In this document: positions 1-12,656 of the stretch, piece by piece
How positions within the stretch are numbered: the first letter of the stretch is position 1
How the letters are laid out: each line of letters opens with the position of its first letter
NCBI GenBank assembly: GCA_963514005.1
Contig: OY740811.1
Coordinates: forward strand, 5,642,001-5,706,000
Length of the DNA: 64,000 nucleotides
Source: Raja brachyura
Taxonomy: Eukaryota
Direction: 5' to 3'
Notes under the pieces: generated by a model
Databases searched by the model: none
Seen by the model: only the letters and a program-made list of their open reading frames with translations
What the model was told of the DNA's origin: nothing
Position numbers and translations under genes: made by a program

Positions 1-34
1 ATTAATGAGAGCACAGGAGGCTGAGGAATAATCT

Positions 35-541
35 TGTAGATATGTATGAAATCATGAGACAAATGGATAGGGTGAATGCACAGAGTATTTTGCCCAGGTT
101 ACCGCCAATCAACAACTAGAGGGCATAAATTTAAGACCAGAGGAAAAAGCTTTAATAAGATCCCAAGGGCATTTAGAACAGAGATGAGGAAACACTTTTT
201 CACACAGAGAATTGTGAGTCTGTGGAATTCTCTGCCTCAGAGGGTGGTGGAGGCCAGTTCTCTGGATGCTTTCAAGAGAGAGCTAGATAGGGCCCTTAAA
301 AATACCGGAGTCAAGGGATATGGGGAGAAGGCAGGAACGGAGTACTGATTGGGGATGATCAGCCATGATCACATTGAATGGCGGTGCTGGATCAAAAGTC
401 TGAATGGCCTACTGCTGCACCTATTGTCTATTGTTTAGAGGGAAATGGACCAAACATGGGCAAGTGGGAATTACTTAGATGGGTGTATTGATTTGCATGG
501 ATGAGTTAGGCCGAAGGGCCTATTTCCATGCTCTATGACTC
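35..541 (+). mobile_element. CR1/HER1 LINE 3' fragments, composite of two subfamilies (younger 3' end at ~171-433 inside an older one)
   Basis: ORF 76-348 gives the CR1 ORF2 C-terminal motif (FFTQRIVSLWNSLP...FKRELD). CR1 3' stem-loop tails end in (CTATTGT)n and CTCTATGACTC. Confidence 0.88.
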
Positions 542-598
542 AGTACATTTCTAGCTGCAGTTAAAGGTGACAGATCATCAAGTATTGTTGTCAATTAC

Positions 599-1623
599 TA
601 GGTATGTTACAAAACTTACCTTGAGCAGCGCCGCAGTTCTGCCGCTCCCCGTGTGCGTGACTTTGGCGCCTTTCAGAGTGGGGCGAGTTTAAAGTGCCGT
701 TTTTCCACAGACAGGGCAAATCGATCCATCTCGGGGGATTTTGTTGCTGAAGAAAAATCGCTCCGACATTTCATTCATGAAGGTATTTTTAAATTACGCT
801 AGATTATTTATTAACTAGAGTAATTTAAAAAATCATCTTCTAAAGCCGTGAGCGCCGACAACGGGAAGGATTTTACGTAGGGGAGAAAATAAAGGGCACC
901 GTTTATTTTTACATTAAAGCTTGGTTTTTAGGGAGGCTTTAATCACATTTTCATGTTGCGAAATGGGGACAAAAAAAATGTATGAACCGCAGTGTTTTTC
1001 CTGCCGACTTCACCGCAAACCGCAACGTTCCAATCCACCGCATTCCACTAAAACCCACTCGCTAGTTGATTTAAATGGCCATTAATTTACAGGAATTAAA
1101 CACTAAATTCCTTCCATTTGGCCTATAAATTCATGAAAATGAGATTTGAAAATCATGTTATATTGTGAATTATTGTGCGAATGTTATTTGGACAATTTAA
1201 AAAAGTTTATCTTTTCTTAAGAAATGGATAGATGTTTAGATCTAGTAATTTAATTTTGTAATTAGCTACAATTAGGTAACTAACTAATTATATGCTTTAA
1301 TTTCAGGTCATCCAAGTAATATTGTTTCATATTTGTTTCAGAATGCTTCAATCTATAATAACTGAACATTTCATTGAGTTCTCTTAATTTTTAAGAAAGT
1401 TATGGGCTTTTGACTGTCCCAGATCACAGCTTTTGTGTTAAGACAATGGAAAGGCAATGGGGAACAAGATGCTAATTTCCGAGTATGAAAATGGCCATAA
1501 CTTTTTTCACATTGAAGATATGAAAGTGAATTAGGTGTCAAATTAAACTTCTTTTTATGCTTTATCTGATGGGATAAATTGCAGACTTGATTTTTTAAAT
1601 CACAAAACTTTGTAACATTGCTA
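599..1623. mobile_element. Non-autonomous DNA transposon (hAT-like, TAG...CTA termini)
   Basis: Left end TAGGTATGTTACAAA versus reverse complement of right end TAGCAATGTTACAAA (13/15). Direct repeat CAATTAC at 592-598 and 1624-1630 (7-bp TSD). No ORF inside. Confidence 0.8.
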
Positions 1624-2478
1624 CAATTACAATTTTATAACATATATAAAGAAGTGTCTGTTGAAAAAGCCCAAACCTAAACTCCAAGGAAAAAGTAAGC
1701 ATTCTTGTGATCTGATCCGTGTTAGTTGGACGTCAGGCAGAGAATGTTCCTCCTGTGTCATCATTCATTGGACATATAATGCAGCTGAGGGTACATTTGA
1801 ACTGAGGAATTTGGTTGGAAGAAAATTTGGGTGTCAGGCCATGAAAGAATTAACACCTCTCAGCTTTGTTTATATCAGCTTTCATGATGCTTGCAGCCCT
1901 GTGGTAGCTTCTTGCAGTTTAAAAAATGTCTCGACTATTATTGCAAATCCTGCAATGCACCAAATTAGAGCGGCTAATACTGGCTATCGGTGGACAATGT
2001 TGTGTCTATCTCCAGTTTAAACCAACATCTGCACTTACCTTCCTAGACAATCATTTTGTACCTGCTTCCAGGTAAAATTCCAGTATGACATAAATCCTTC
2101 TATGCACAAGCTTCTCAGCCAAATGCATGCATTCCCACCGGCATGCCAATCTGTCCCACACTCCTGCTCCTTTCGCATAAGCTCGGGCAAGTGAATTCAA
2201 AAAGCAGCGAACTGGCAGATTGTGCCTTCATCGTTTGATCCATCTTGTATGCCAGCAACAGCTTACTTGCTTCTTTCTAAGTTTTCCCTTCTTCTTCTTT
2301 CTAAGTTTTCCCTTCTTGAAGATACTGCAAAAGTCTATCAAGCCACGTCAACCCATGATTTGCAATTGATACGTTTCAATTAAATAATCACTAGTTTGCT
2401 CTTTCTTGAGGCTGAAATAATGGAACAACATGAAGTATGGCTAATGATGCAGTGATGCAGTGATGGAATAATCATGCA

Positions 2479-2605
2479 TAGGAAGGAACTGCAGACCCTA
2501 GTTTACCCCAAAAATAGACACAAAATGCTGGAGTAACTCAGCGGGACAGGCAGCATCGCTGGACAGAAGGAATGGTGACGTTTCAGGTCGAGACCCTATT
2601 TTCAA
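2479..2605 (-). mobile_element. Penelope-like element (PLE) terminal fragment with decayed hammerhead motif
   Basis: Family signature AGACACAAAATGCTGGAGTAACTCAGCGGGACAGGCAGCATC...GACGTTTCAGGTCGAGACCC shared with many copies in the window. Confidence 0.7.
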
Positions 2606-3096
2606 AGAATAATCATCGCAGAATTCATCAGCCCAAAGCCTACTTCTCATACTGATTTTTTTCCATATGCTTATCTCCGTATCAAATATCTGACAGATTC
2701 AATCTACTTTGGACCGTCAGACAGTCCTTAACTCTTTTGTATATTTTAGCATAAAACCATATTATCTACATAGCATTCAACTGGTCCAGTTTTGTGATCA
2801 CAATCCCTACTCTAGAATCCTGGAGGGATCCAGACATTTGTTGTGAAAGTTTCCTGTCTCAGTGCTACACATAGGAAAATCACTGGTTGTCAGAGTGGAA
2901 GTTGATATGCCAGCTACCAGGTCAAAATGCAGCATGCCAGAAATGTGACCTGGCACCTACTTTACTGAATTGCACTTGTGTAGGTCAGCAGTTTTCTGAC
3001 TCTGGTGAACACATAATGACATCCTTGTGTAGTGAGTTGGGATAAATTAGGTCACATTGTTCCAAAGTGCATGCATCAGTGAACGCTGTGTTTCAC

Positions 3097-3289
3097 CCAC
3101 ACACCAAGGGCCATTTACAGTGGGCAATTCATCTGCCAGCCTGCAGATGTGGTTGAAAGGTGGAGGATCCACCGGCAATCCATGCAGTCAGAGGTAGAAC
3201 GTGCAAACTCCACACAGTCACCACTGGTAGTCAGGTTGGAATCGAGTTACTGGAACTATGAGGAAGCAGTTAAACAAGCTGTACACTGT
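3097..3289 (-). mobile_element. Decayed HE1/V-SINE (tRNA-derived)
   Basis: GAACGTGCAAACTCCACACAG V-domain-like segment; aligns to intact copies in this window. Confidence 0.7.
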
Positions 3290-3715
3290 ATATTTGTTTT
3301 ACTTTGTAACTTTCTAAACATCAGTGCACATGGATAAATCCTCTCTTCACTGACGGCAAAACCTTGTGGCGCAGTATAAAGTGCAATTACTGAATGATGA
3401 CCCTAACGTGCTCAAAGAATATAATTTGAAATAAAGGTGAACATGGTATATTAATAAACATGGGTTTATAATTTCAATCATTTGAGTTTACATAAGAAGC
3501 GAGCCTATCAACACGTGTATTAGCAATGATAGGCTGTCAACTTGAACTTGAATGAATTAAGGTGTGACCTTAGCATGACATCCCTTGATCTCTGGCGTTC
3601 TCAGATTCTTATGGACGTATGAGGCTGTGAAGCTGAGCTCTCACACCGTTCCAGTTGGCCTTGTTGTCCCACTTATCTCCCTGCAATCTACTCTATTTCA
3701 CGTCTGAAGTTGAAT

Positions 3716-3812
3716 TGAGTCTGAAAAAGAGTTTGGACCCGCAACGTCACCTATTCCTTTTCTCTAGAGATGCTGTCTGACCTGTTGAGTTACTCCAACT
3801 TTTTATGTCTAT
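3716..3812 (+). mobile_element. PLE terminal fragment
   Basis: Decayed GTCTGAAnAAG...ACCCGnAACGTCACC followed by GAGATGCTGTCTGACCTGTTGAGTTACTCC. Confidence 0.7.
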
Positions 3813-3904
3813 ACTCTATTTTACATGTACATCAACTCCCTTAACGTCTCCTGGCACCCTATACTCTATACACACTATACACACTATACTCTATATACAC
3901 CATA

Positions 3905-4086
3905 CACTCTATACTCAGGGGCAAATTTCAGCAGATAGTTTACTTACCAGCACGTCTTTGGGATGTGGAGGAATACTGGAGCATGTGGAAACCCACACTA
4001 TCACGTGGAAACTCCACACAGATAGCACCCGACATCAAGATCTAACCAGGTTCACCGGCAGTAGCAGCACTAATGACTGAGCCATT
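3905..4086 (-). mobile_element. Decayed HE1/V-SINE
   Basis: CACGTCTTTGGGATGTGGAGG...AAACTCCACACAGATAGCACC matches the family. Confidence 0.7.
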
Positions 4087-4354
4087 GAGTTTTCTAATGT
4101 AATGGAATGATAATTGTAATTGAGTTTCAATTACCAAAAAGATTAATGGCAATGAGATGAGGATAAGTGGCTGAGTAGTATTCCCCTACCCCTTAATTGC
4201 TGCTCATTCAATATAATTAATCTGAGTGCATAGTTTTTAATAAAACTATTAATATTGTTGCACAGGTGAACACATGCAATTTGGAAGCATTTTTATACAA
4301 TTTCTAAATGTACATATACATTAATTTGTAAATTATTGTGCAGCAAATGAATCC

Positions 4355-5540
4355 TAGAGTCACAGTTATACGGTGCAGAACTGGACTCTTCAATCCACCA
4401 CAGCCATGTCACACTTTTTTCACCCACTTGCCTCCATGAGGTCCATGTCCTTTGATGCTCTGCCTATTCATGTGCCTGCCTAAATGTCTCTTGCATATCT
4501 GACTACTACTTTCGCTGGCATCAATGATTCTCTCTATAAATATTTTCTACTCAAATATGATTTAAATCTCCTTTCTCTCACCTATACTTTCCTGTTTGTG
4601 ATATCCCTGCCATTGGAAAACGATTCTAACTATCTCCCCTATCTATGCCGTTTATAATTGTATACACCAGCCTTTACTCCAGGGAAAACAAATCCAGCCA
4701 AAGTAATCCCTCCCTGTATCTAACCTCCTTCAATCTAGGCAACATTCTTAGATGGTAATGAGATGGCAGTAAGTAACTGACTAGTATCTCTTCTGAATCT
4801 CCTCTGCAGCTGCATACTTCCAATAGTGTGATGCACAGAAATGTGGTCTAACCAGTGTTTTGTAAAACTGCAGCATAACAGCCCAACTTTTATATTCTCT
4901 GCCCTGACTTATGAGTGTAAGCATGCCATACACCTTCTTCACCAACATATCTACCCGTGTTGCCACTTTAAAGGAGTTCATAGGCCATTCAGCCCATCAA
5001 GTCTATTCTGCCATTCACTCATGGAATAATGGATCAGGAAACTCAAGCTCTCTCTATCCTACCATTCACTGTGTACATCCTATCCCTATTTGACTTCATA
5101 AAACGCATCATCTCACAATGGTCAGGATTAATTTTCCATCTGATCTATATCCTGTTGTAGTCTTGGATAACTTTCCTCACTATCCACAATACGACTGACC
5201 TCTGTGTCATCCGTCAACTCGCTAATCATACCATCTACGTTCACATCCAAGTTGCTAAAATATATCACAAACAACAAGTGTCCAAGCCCACTGGGCACAG
5301 ATTCCTATCAGAAAAGCATCTTTCTACTACTAACCTCTGGCCCCTAATACCAAGCCAATGTTGCATCCAATTAGCCAGCTCCCCTTGGAGCCCATGTGTC
5401 TTAATATCCTAGATCAGATGGCCATATGGGACCTCGTGATGGTTTACTGAGGCCCACATAGACGACAATCTTCTTATTACATTCTCAAATACTCAATCAA
5501 ATTGGTGAGGCAGGATTTGGCTCACACAAGTGCTGACTAT
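4355..5540 (-). mobile_element. CR1 LINE 3' portion (RT-to-tail), decayed
   Basis: ORF 4781-4981 (KKVYGMLTLISQGREYKS...YKTLVRPH) is CR1 ORF2; CR1 tail near 4355-4410. Confidence 0.85.
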
Positions 5541-5947
5541 ATGATGCAAATGAGTAATACTTTCTCTCGACGTCACTGACCATAGAAGCTACTGTATGCG
5601 TAATGCAATTGGTATTGTGTTATCTGTGTCAAAACACTTACAACTCTGCAATATCTCTGCATATCTCAAATCTCAACAGAGAAATATATTTTATTTAAAA
5701 GAAAATTAGATGTGACCCTGGAGAAAACTTAAGCCAGCCCAGTGGCCAATTAAGTCTAGATTTTTTTTAATCCATTATCTTCTCAGTAGAGCATTCCGGA
5801 TAACACCCATTTCTTGTTCCCCTCAAAGCCTCTTGTCCTCACCTCAAGCCGATGTTCTCTAGTTTTAGTTTTCTCTGTTGTGGTGAACAGATTCTTAATG
5901 TCTATTGTGTCCATGCCTTTCAAAACAATGCTGTTTACTCGTTGTTT

Positions 5948-6144
5948 TAAAGAAGGAACTGCAGATGCTGGAGAATCGAGGGTTACACAAAAAGCTGGAG
6001 AAACTCAGCGGGTGCAGCAGCATCTAAGGGGCGAAGGAGATAGGCGACGTTTCGGGTCGAGACTCGACCCGAAACGTCGCCTATCTCCTTCGCCCCTTAG
6101 ATGCTGCTGCACCCGCTGGGTTTCTCCAGCTTTTTGTGTAACCC
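5948..6144. mobile_element. PLE terminal fragment as near-perfect fold-back palindrome
   Basis: Arms 5980-6061 and 6063-6144 are reverse complements (82 bp, 1 mismatch, 1-nt spacer). Confidence 0.85.
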
Positions 6145-6244
6145 CCAATGTTGTTTACTCATTGGGCTCGTCCACTTCAAGAAAAATAAACTCATGTTAT
6201 TCAATCTGAAACATTCAACCCCAGACAACATCCTGCTAACTGTT

Positions 6245-6373
6245 CAAGAAGGAACTGCAGATGCTGGAAAATCAAAGGTAGACGAAAATGCTGGGGAAAC
6301 TCAGCGGGTGCGGCAGCATCTCTGGAGCGAAGGAAATAGGCAACGTTTCGGGCCAAAACCCTTCTTCAGACTG
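6245..6373 (-). mobile_element. PLE terminal fragment with intact hammerhead core
   Basis: Minus strand reads CAGT-CTGAAGA-A-GGGT-TTTG-GCCC-GAAAC-GTT. Confidence 0.8.
6339..6373 (-). ncRNA. Minimal type I hammerhead ribozyme motif (PLE-associated)
   Basis: CUGAAGA box, helix II GGGU/GCCC, GAAA box, palindromic ACGU helix III, UH triplet. Helix I is weak. Confidence 0.6.
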
Positions 6374-6776
6374 GTATTTGCTAACTCCCCTCTGACAATA
6401 AAGGAATCTAATCTAATCTAATCTAATCTCTGCACCATCTCCAGTTTACTTTTGTTTAAATTGATGGGATGTTGCAGCTCCTGAGAAAGTGCTGGTTAGA
6501 CATCTCCTTAAACTACTAAATGCTTATGAAGGCATTCCCATAGTGCTTGTGGGGGGAGTTCCAGAACTTAAACCGAGTTACAATGAAGTATATTTTCAAG
6601 TTCACCATTGAAAACAATCTGCACCTCTCAACTGCCTGAAACAAACTTCCTGCATACTTCCACACATGCCTCTGCAAGATTCCTGTGATGATTCCAGAGC
6701 ATTGTGATCAAAGACTACACACTTACATAGCTGATAATATAATATATCCACCAGGTCCAGGAGGCAGCTGAACATG

Positions 6777-7465
6777 TTATAGAACAAGGATGTTGCACAG
6801 AAACAAGCCCTTCCGTCCAACACATCTCTGCTGATTAAGATGCCCAATGTATGTTAGTCTCAAATGCCAAGATTGGCCCAAACATCGATATCTTTGCCTA
6901 TCCATGTTGCCATCCAAGTGATTTTTAATGCTGCTATAGTATCTACCGCAACTGGTTTATTCCATATATCCACCACCATCTGAGTGAAATGTTATCTGCT
7001 CGGGTTCCTATTAAATCTTGCCCACTCATCTTAAAGCCATGTACCCTTGTTCTTCATTCCTTAACCTGGGATAAATGACCGTGTATGCACCCCATTTATT
7101 CCCCTCTTATTCACTTATAAAAGATCGCTCCTCAGCCTCCTACGCACATAGAAAAGTCCTAGCCTGTCCAACCTCTCCCTATAGCCCAGCCCCCCCAGGT
7201 CCTGGCAACATCCTTGTAAATCTTCTCTGCACCCTTGCCAGCTTGATGCCATCCTTTCTCTAGCAAGGTGACCAAAAGTGAACCCAGTACCGTCAGTGCA
7301 GCCTCACCAACATCTTGTACAACAGTAACATAACGTCCCAACTTCTGTACTCAATATGCAGCCTGATGAAGGCCAGTGCACCAAGAGCCTTCTTTACCAC
7401 CTTATGCATCTGTACTCCCAAATCACCTCTGCGCTATAATGCTCCCCAGAGCCCTGCCATTCATT
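6777..7465 (-). mobile_element. CR1 LINE 3' fragment
   Basis: ORF 7159-7341 and nucleotide similarity to other CR1 copies (GTCCTGGCAACATCCTTGTAAATCTTCTCTGCACC). Confidence 0.85.
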
Positions 7466-7989
7466 CAACATTGTTCTCGGTGGTTGTAAAATAAACCAAA
7501 ACGTGCAGTAATACTCTAGGTATATTCAGACACTGAGGATTTCTGAGCAGAACCCCATTTGCATTAGGTTTTCAATTTGTATTTGATTCTTGTGGATGTA
7601 ACCCCCTATAATCCTCTCCCAAGCTCTTGCATGCAAAACCTCACTTCCAGATATCTGATCGTATTGCTGTTTGTATGTGGAGAATGATGTTTAGCTGCCA
7701 TTTTTAAAGCTGCCATCTCCGCTTGGGTGTGTCAGTTCTGACGGCTGCCCCACACAGGCATAAAAGGAATGAAGCCAATACAACTTAATATGTGGGAATG
7801 TCAGTAAAACTGGGCCCATTGTCTAAACTGATATTGTATGCAAGGAACATAAATCTATCAGGCATTTTGACTGGTCCCTACTACTGGTAGGAATGTGCCT
7901 CTCCAGAGAATGCGTGGGCTGGACTCGTTAACCTTCTGTGTGCTGGATTTAACTGCAAAAACCTCAGACAAATAAGCTGGAAAATCAGA

Positions 7990-8072
7990 CATTAAGTGGT
8001 GGAGTAACTCGGCAGGTCAGGCAGCATCTGTGGAGAACATAGATAGGCAACGTTTTGGGTCGGGACCATTCT
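7990..8072 (-). mobile_element. PLE terminal fragment
   Basis: GGAGTAACTCGGCAGGTCAGGCAGCATC...CAACGTTTTGGGTCGGGACC. Confidence 0.65.
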
Positions 8073-8190
8073 CCGGGGAAATTCATCCAGGGCTGCAAAT
8101 TCATGGATTTTAAAATACCAAGCGAGCATCCAATTTAGCTGTAAACCTTTCACAACTGGCACAAAACTGCTAGAGGAAAGATGCCTTTCA

Positions 8191-8835
8191 GCTGGAAACG
8201 GTGGGGAGAAAATGTACACGGATGTTGCCAGGATTTGAGGGACTGAAATTATAGGGAGAGGTTGAGCAAGCTAGGACTTCATTTCTTGGAGTGTGGAGGT
8301 AAGGGGTGATCTTAAAGAGGCGTAAAAAATCATGAGTGGAATAGATAGGCCGAATGCAGACTCTTTTACCCAGAGTAGGGGAATCAAGAACCAGGGACCA
8401 CAGGTTTAAGGTGAGAGGGGGGGAAATTAATAAGAACGTGAGGGGCACCCTTTTCACTCAAAGGGGTGGTACATATTCCGATCGAGTTGCCAGTGGAGGT
8501 ACTTGAAACAGGCACTACAGTATGATAATTAACAGTCATTTGAACATGTACAGCACAAAGATAGGCATGGGTTGAAGGGAAAGGTTTGGAGGGAAATGGG
8601 ACTAGTGTAGATGGGGCGATTTGATCAGCATGAACAAATTGGATCAAACTGCCTGTTTCCAGGTCGCATGACACGATGATTCTACTATAACACCAGTTAA
8701 AAGACATTCGGAGAGAGAGGTACATGGATAGGAAAGATTTAACGTATATGGACCAAATGGGAGTACCTTAGACGGGGCATCTTTTGTTGGAATGGAGCGA
8801 CAGGCATGTTTACGTATTGTATGACTCTATGACTA
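8191..8835 (+). mobile_element. CR1 LINE 3' end plus a second tandem 3' tail (8690-8835)
   Basis: GGATGTTGCCAGGA...GAATCAAGAACCAGGG...CAGGTTTAAGGTGAGAGGGG; tails end in CTGTTTCC and ATGACTCTATGACT. Confidence 0.85.
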
Positions 8836-9465
8836 AGTATCTTACTCAGGAACACAATGAAAATAAAATCACCCACTTTCTGCTCTCCTACAGCCATTTG
8901 CATGGGTTTGCCCAGATGCAAAGTTAAAAGTATCAGAAAGCGCAACATAATATTGTGGAAAAAAATCTTTCTCATAATTAGCCAGTCTCAAACAATTAAC
9001 AAAGGCATACAATATACTGTCTCGAAATGTATGCCTGCTCGTGGATTTAGAATTTGAAAAGCATTTCCAATTCTACTTTCCATCAGCCACCCACTACCAA
9101 AACGCCAAGTGCTTCATACAAGTTCAGTACAAGTCTACACACATATTCTTTTGTGTATCTGAACAGTTCTATTTCTTTAGTAACGGTTCCCTGGTTCATT
9201 TTATAAAAGGATCATTGTATTCAGTTGACCACTAAAAGTACAAGTCCCCTCGTGATGAGTAACATTTAGTTAATAATTTAACACCTTGAGAATTTTGCCA
9301 GGAACAATTAATAAACAAAATAAATAATTGTTTTATAGCCCAAAGACCCATGGGGATCACGGCAGTGTTGTGGATCGAGCATGATTGTAAATAAGGTTAT
9401 TGCCTTACACTGCAACCGCTTCAGTCCATTACAGTGGTTTGCACAGAAACGTCCAGATGTAAAAG

Positions 9466-9736
9466 GAGTAACTCAGCGGGTCAGGCATCTTCTCTGGAGA
9501 ACATGGATAGGTGACCCCCCTTCAGATTGATTGCAGAGAAGCGGGGGGATGGAGGTGGAGGTGATGAGAGGTAGGACAAAGCATGGCAGGTAATAGAAGG
9601 CGATTACTTGTCACACCCAGTCTGTTGTCACACCCAAATGTTGTTTTAAACCAAAGATAGGTACAAAATGCTGGACCAGACAGCATCTCTGGAGAGAAGG
9701 AATGAATGATGTTTCGGGTCGAGACCCTTCTTCAGA
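9466..9736 (-). mobile_element. Two PLE terminal fragments; hammerhead core at 9708-9736
   Basis: GTTTCGGGTCGAGACCCTTCTTCAGA is the reverse complement of TCTGAAGAAGGGTCTCGACCCGAAAC. Confidence 0.72.
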
Positions 9737-9872
9737 TTTGTAGGTTTGTAGGCTAATTGGCTTCTGTAAATTGTCCCTAGTGTGTAGGATAGAACTAGTG
9801 CATGGGTGATAGATGGTCGGCATAGTCTCGGTGGGCCGAAGGGCCTGTTTCCACGCTGTATCTCTGAACTAA
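9737..9872 (+). mobile_element. HE1/V-SINE 3' half
   Basis: GGTTTGTAGGCTAATTGGC...GGGCCGAAGGGCCTGTTTCCACGCTGTATCTCT tail. Confidence 0.8.
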
Positions 9873-9904
9873 TACATTCCAATAGCCCATGCAAACCTAC
9901 GTCA

Positions 9905-10150
9905 AGAAGGGCAAGGGCAAGAGCTGGGTAATAATATCACCAACATATTCCCTCCAAGTCAGGCACCATCCTGACTGGGAAACATATTGCTGGTAGCACA
10001 GCGACACTGGCTAATTCCTGGAACACACTCCCCAATCTTCATCAGTAGGAATGCAACAGGTCAAGAAAGTGGTTCACCACCCTTTCTAGGGTAATTATAG
10101 GTGGGGAATAAATACAGGCCAAGCCAGTCATGTAAACATTGCCAAAAATA
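9905..10150 (+). mobile_element. Old CR1/L2-group LINE 3' tail, decayed
   Basis: TTCCCTCCAAGTCAGGCACCATCCTGACT...GGTTCACCACC...GGAATAAAT...GGCC..GCCAG pattern typical of an old LINE tail. Confidence 0.5.
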
Positions 10151-10184
10151 ACTACATGTAGAAAGTAGCTGTACAGTGGGTTCA

Positions 10185-10902
10185 TGCTTGGTTAGTACAG
10201 GATTAATAAATGCATTTGCCTCAACAGATATGTGCAGTTCACCATCAAGTCAACTTCATGCCATTTATTGTTGCACAACCAGCTGTAATCACCACAAGTA
10301 TGAGTCAAATAGAGCAGATTTCCACGGTAGATACACATGCATTTAAAGTAGTCCACGGCTACCATAGATTCAATAAACACAGTGTTCATAATGGCTACAG
10401 GTTCAATGAATGCAGCACCCATAATGATGTGGACGGCACAAGGTCAATAAACACAATGTTCACCATGAGTAACTATTACACAAATGTAGTACCCACAGGA
10501 GCCATGTTCAATTAATTCAGAACCCACAAGGCTCAATAACTGCAGTATCTATAAAAGACATGGGTTTAATAATTCCCATTATGGATTTAGGATCAATAGA
10601 ACAGTGCCAACACAGGAACCAATCCAATTAATTAACAACCACACAGGCCACAGATTCAATAAATGCATTACCAACACTCACTTCTGTTTCAATACAGTCT
10701 GTACTCACCCTGAGTGTAGAGCTTTAGATATTATAATAAATACAATACCACAACATGGTTAGGTTCAATAAATGCAAAACCCATATCAGGAAAAGAGTCC
10801 ATAAGTGCTACACTTACAAGGATACAGTATGAAATCATGCAGTATTACTGCTATCCATGCTCAGTACATGCAAACCACTATGGGTACAGATTCAATATGA
10901 TG
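10185..10902. repeat. Cryptic degenerate ~33-bp tandem array (left part)
   Basis: Recurring core (G)GTTCAATAAATGCAGTACCCAC, several spacings of about 33 bp (e.g. ~10369/10402, ~10654/10688). Confidence 0.7.
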
Positions 10903-12083
10903 CATAGAACATACAACATAAACAGGTACACAGGAACAGGCCCTTTGGCCATTAAGTGCATGCTGAGCATGATGCCAAGTTACTGCACGTGATTCAACTC
11001 CCTCTATCCCAGCATACCCAAGTATGTATTTAAAAGTCTCATAAATGCCATTATTATTTCTGCCTCAACTACATACCCAGCACCTACCATTCTTTGTGTG
11101 AAAAACGTGCCCGCACAGATCCTTTAAAATTCCCCCCTCTCACCTTGTGCTGTCCAGTCTTTGCCATTTTCTACCTGGGAAAAAGATTCTGACTGTATAC
11201 CCTATCTATGCCTAAATAATTTTACATACTTCTTTCACCAGCCTCCGACCACCAGCAATCCAAGTCTGCTGAGCCTCTCCTTATAGCTAATACCCTCAGT
11301 CTCTGAGACTCCAGTAAAAGCAATCTAAGCTTCCCCAACCTCCCTTTATAGCTAATACCCTCTAATCCAGGCGGCATTCTGGTAAACCTCTTCTGAACCT
11401 TCTCCAAAGCTTCCACCAGAACTGCACACAAAATACTATAAAGCTGCAATATGACATACTAAAGGCTTCACCCAATGAAAACAAGCGTACAGTATGCCTT
11501 CCTTACCACTCTATCTACTGATGTTGCCACTTTCAACTTGGACCACTAGACCCCTCTGTACATCAATGCTGTTCATGCTCTTGTCATTAACTGTACACTT
11601 TCCCCTGACATTCAACCTTCCAAAGTGCAACACCTCACACTTGCGCAGATTAAACTCATCTGCCTTTTCTCTGCCCAGTTCTGTAGCTGATCTATATCGC
11701 CTTCCACCCATTTCTGGAGCAGATTTGTATCGGACTGTATATATTGTTTGGAACCTTCCTCATTGTCTGCAAGACCACCAATTTTGGTGTCAGGTGCGCA
11801 CTTACTAACCGACCTATCTACGTTGACGTCCAAGTTGTCTTTATATTTATCACAAACAGCAGAGGTCCTTGCAGAACTCCACTGATCACAGACCTGAAGC
11901 CAGAATAACACTCTTTCACCAAAACGCTCTGCCTTCCATGAACATGCTGGTTCTGAAACCAAATGACCAAGTGACCATGTACCCGGTCCATCTTAACCTT
12001 CTGTATCAGTCTATCATGAGGAACGTTATCAAATACATTACCAAAATCCATTTAGGCAACATCCACTGTTCTACCTTCAATGA

Positions 12084-12333
12084 TCAAGATCCAAGAGAGT
12101 TTATTGTCACATGTCCCAGATAGGACAATGAAATTCTTGCTTTGCTTCGGCACAACAGAATATCGTATGCATAAATAAATACAGAACAGATCAGTGTGTC
12201 CATATACCATTGAATGTATATATATATATTCAACATAATCTATATATATATATACACACATAAATAAGCATATAAAGTGCAATAGGCTATTAAAGTTCAG
12301 ATTTTTGTTTGAGTTGAGTTTAGTAGTCTAATG
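12084..12333 (-). mobile_element. Rex1/L2-type LINE 3' tail inserted in CR1
   Basis: TTTATTGTCACATGTCCCAGATAGGACAATGAAATTCTTGC tail signature interrupts the CR1 RT. Confidence 0.65.
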
Positions 12334-12656
12334 CGAGACTTGACCTACCGCAGCTGGCTATCCCTAAATAGCGAAATATCGTCTGAATCCGAGTAACTCC
12401 TATCCAAAAGAATCCTCAGATAGTTTCCCTATCACTGAAACAAGGTTCACTGGCCTCTAATTTCCTGGATTCTCTCTTCTTCCCTTCTTAAATGAAGGAA
12501 CAACATTAGCTACTCGCCTGTGCTCAGTCAGGAACATCACCAGTGACTAGAGAAGATACAAAGATCTTCATCAAGGCTCCTGCAATCGCCTTTACTGCCT
12601 TTCTCAAAACCCGGGATAGATCTCATCAGGCCCTGGCGATTTATCCCATGTAATAC

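Noticed and set aside
2270-2317. 24-bp tandem duplication
   Set aside because: Simple slippage event with no further structure.
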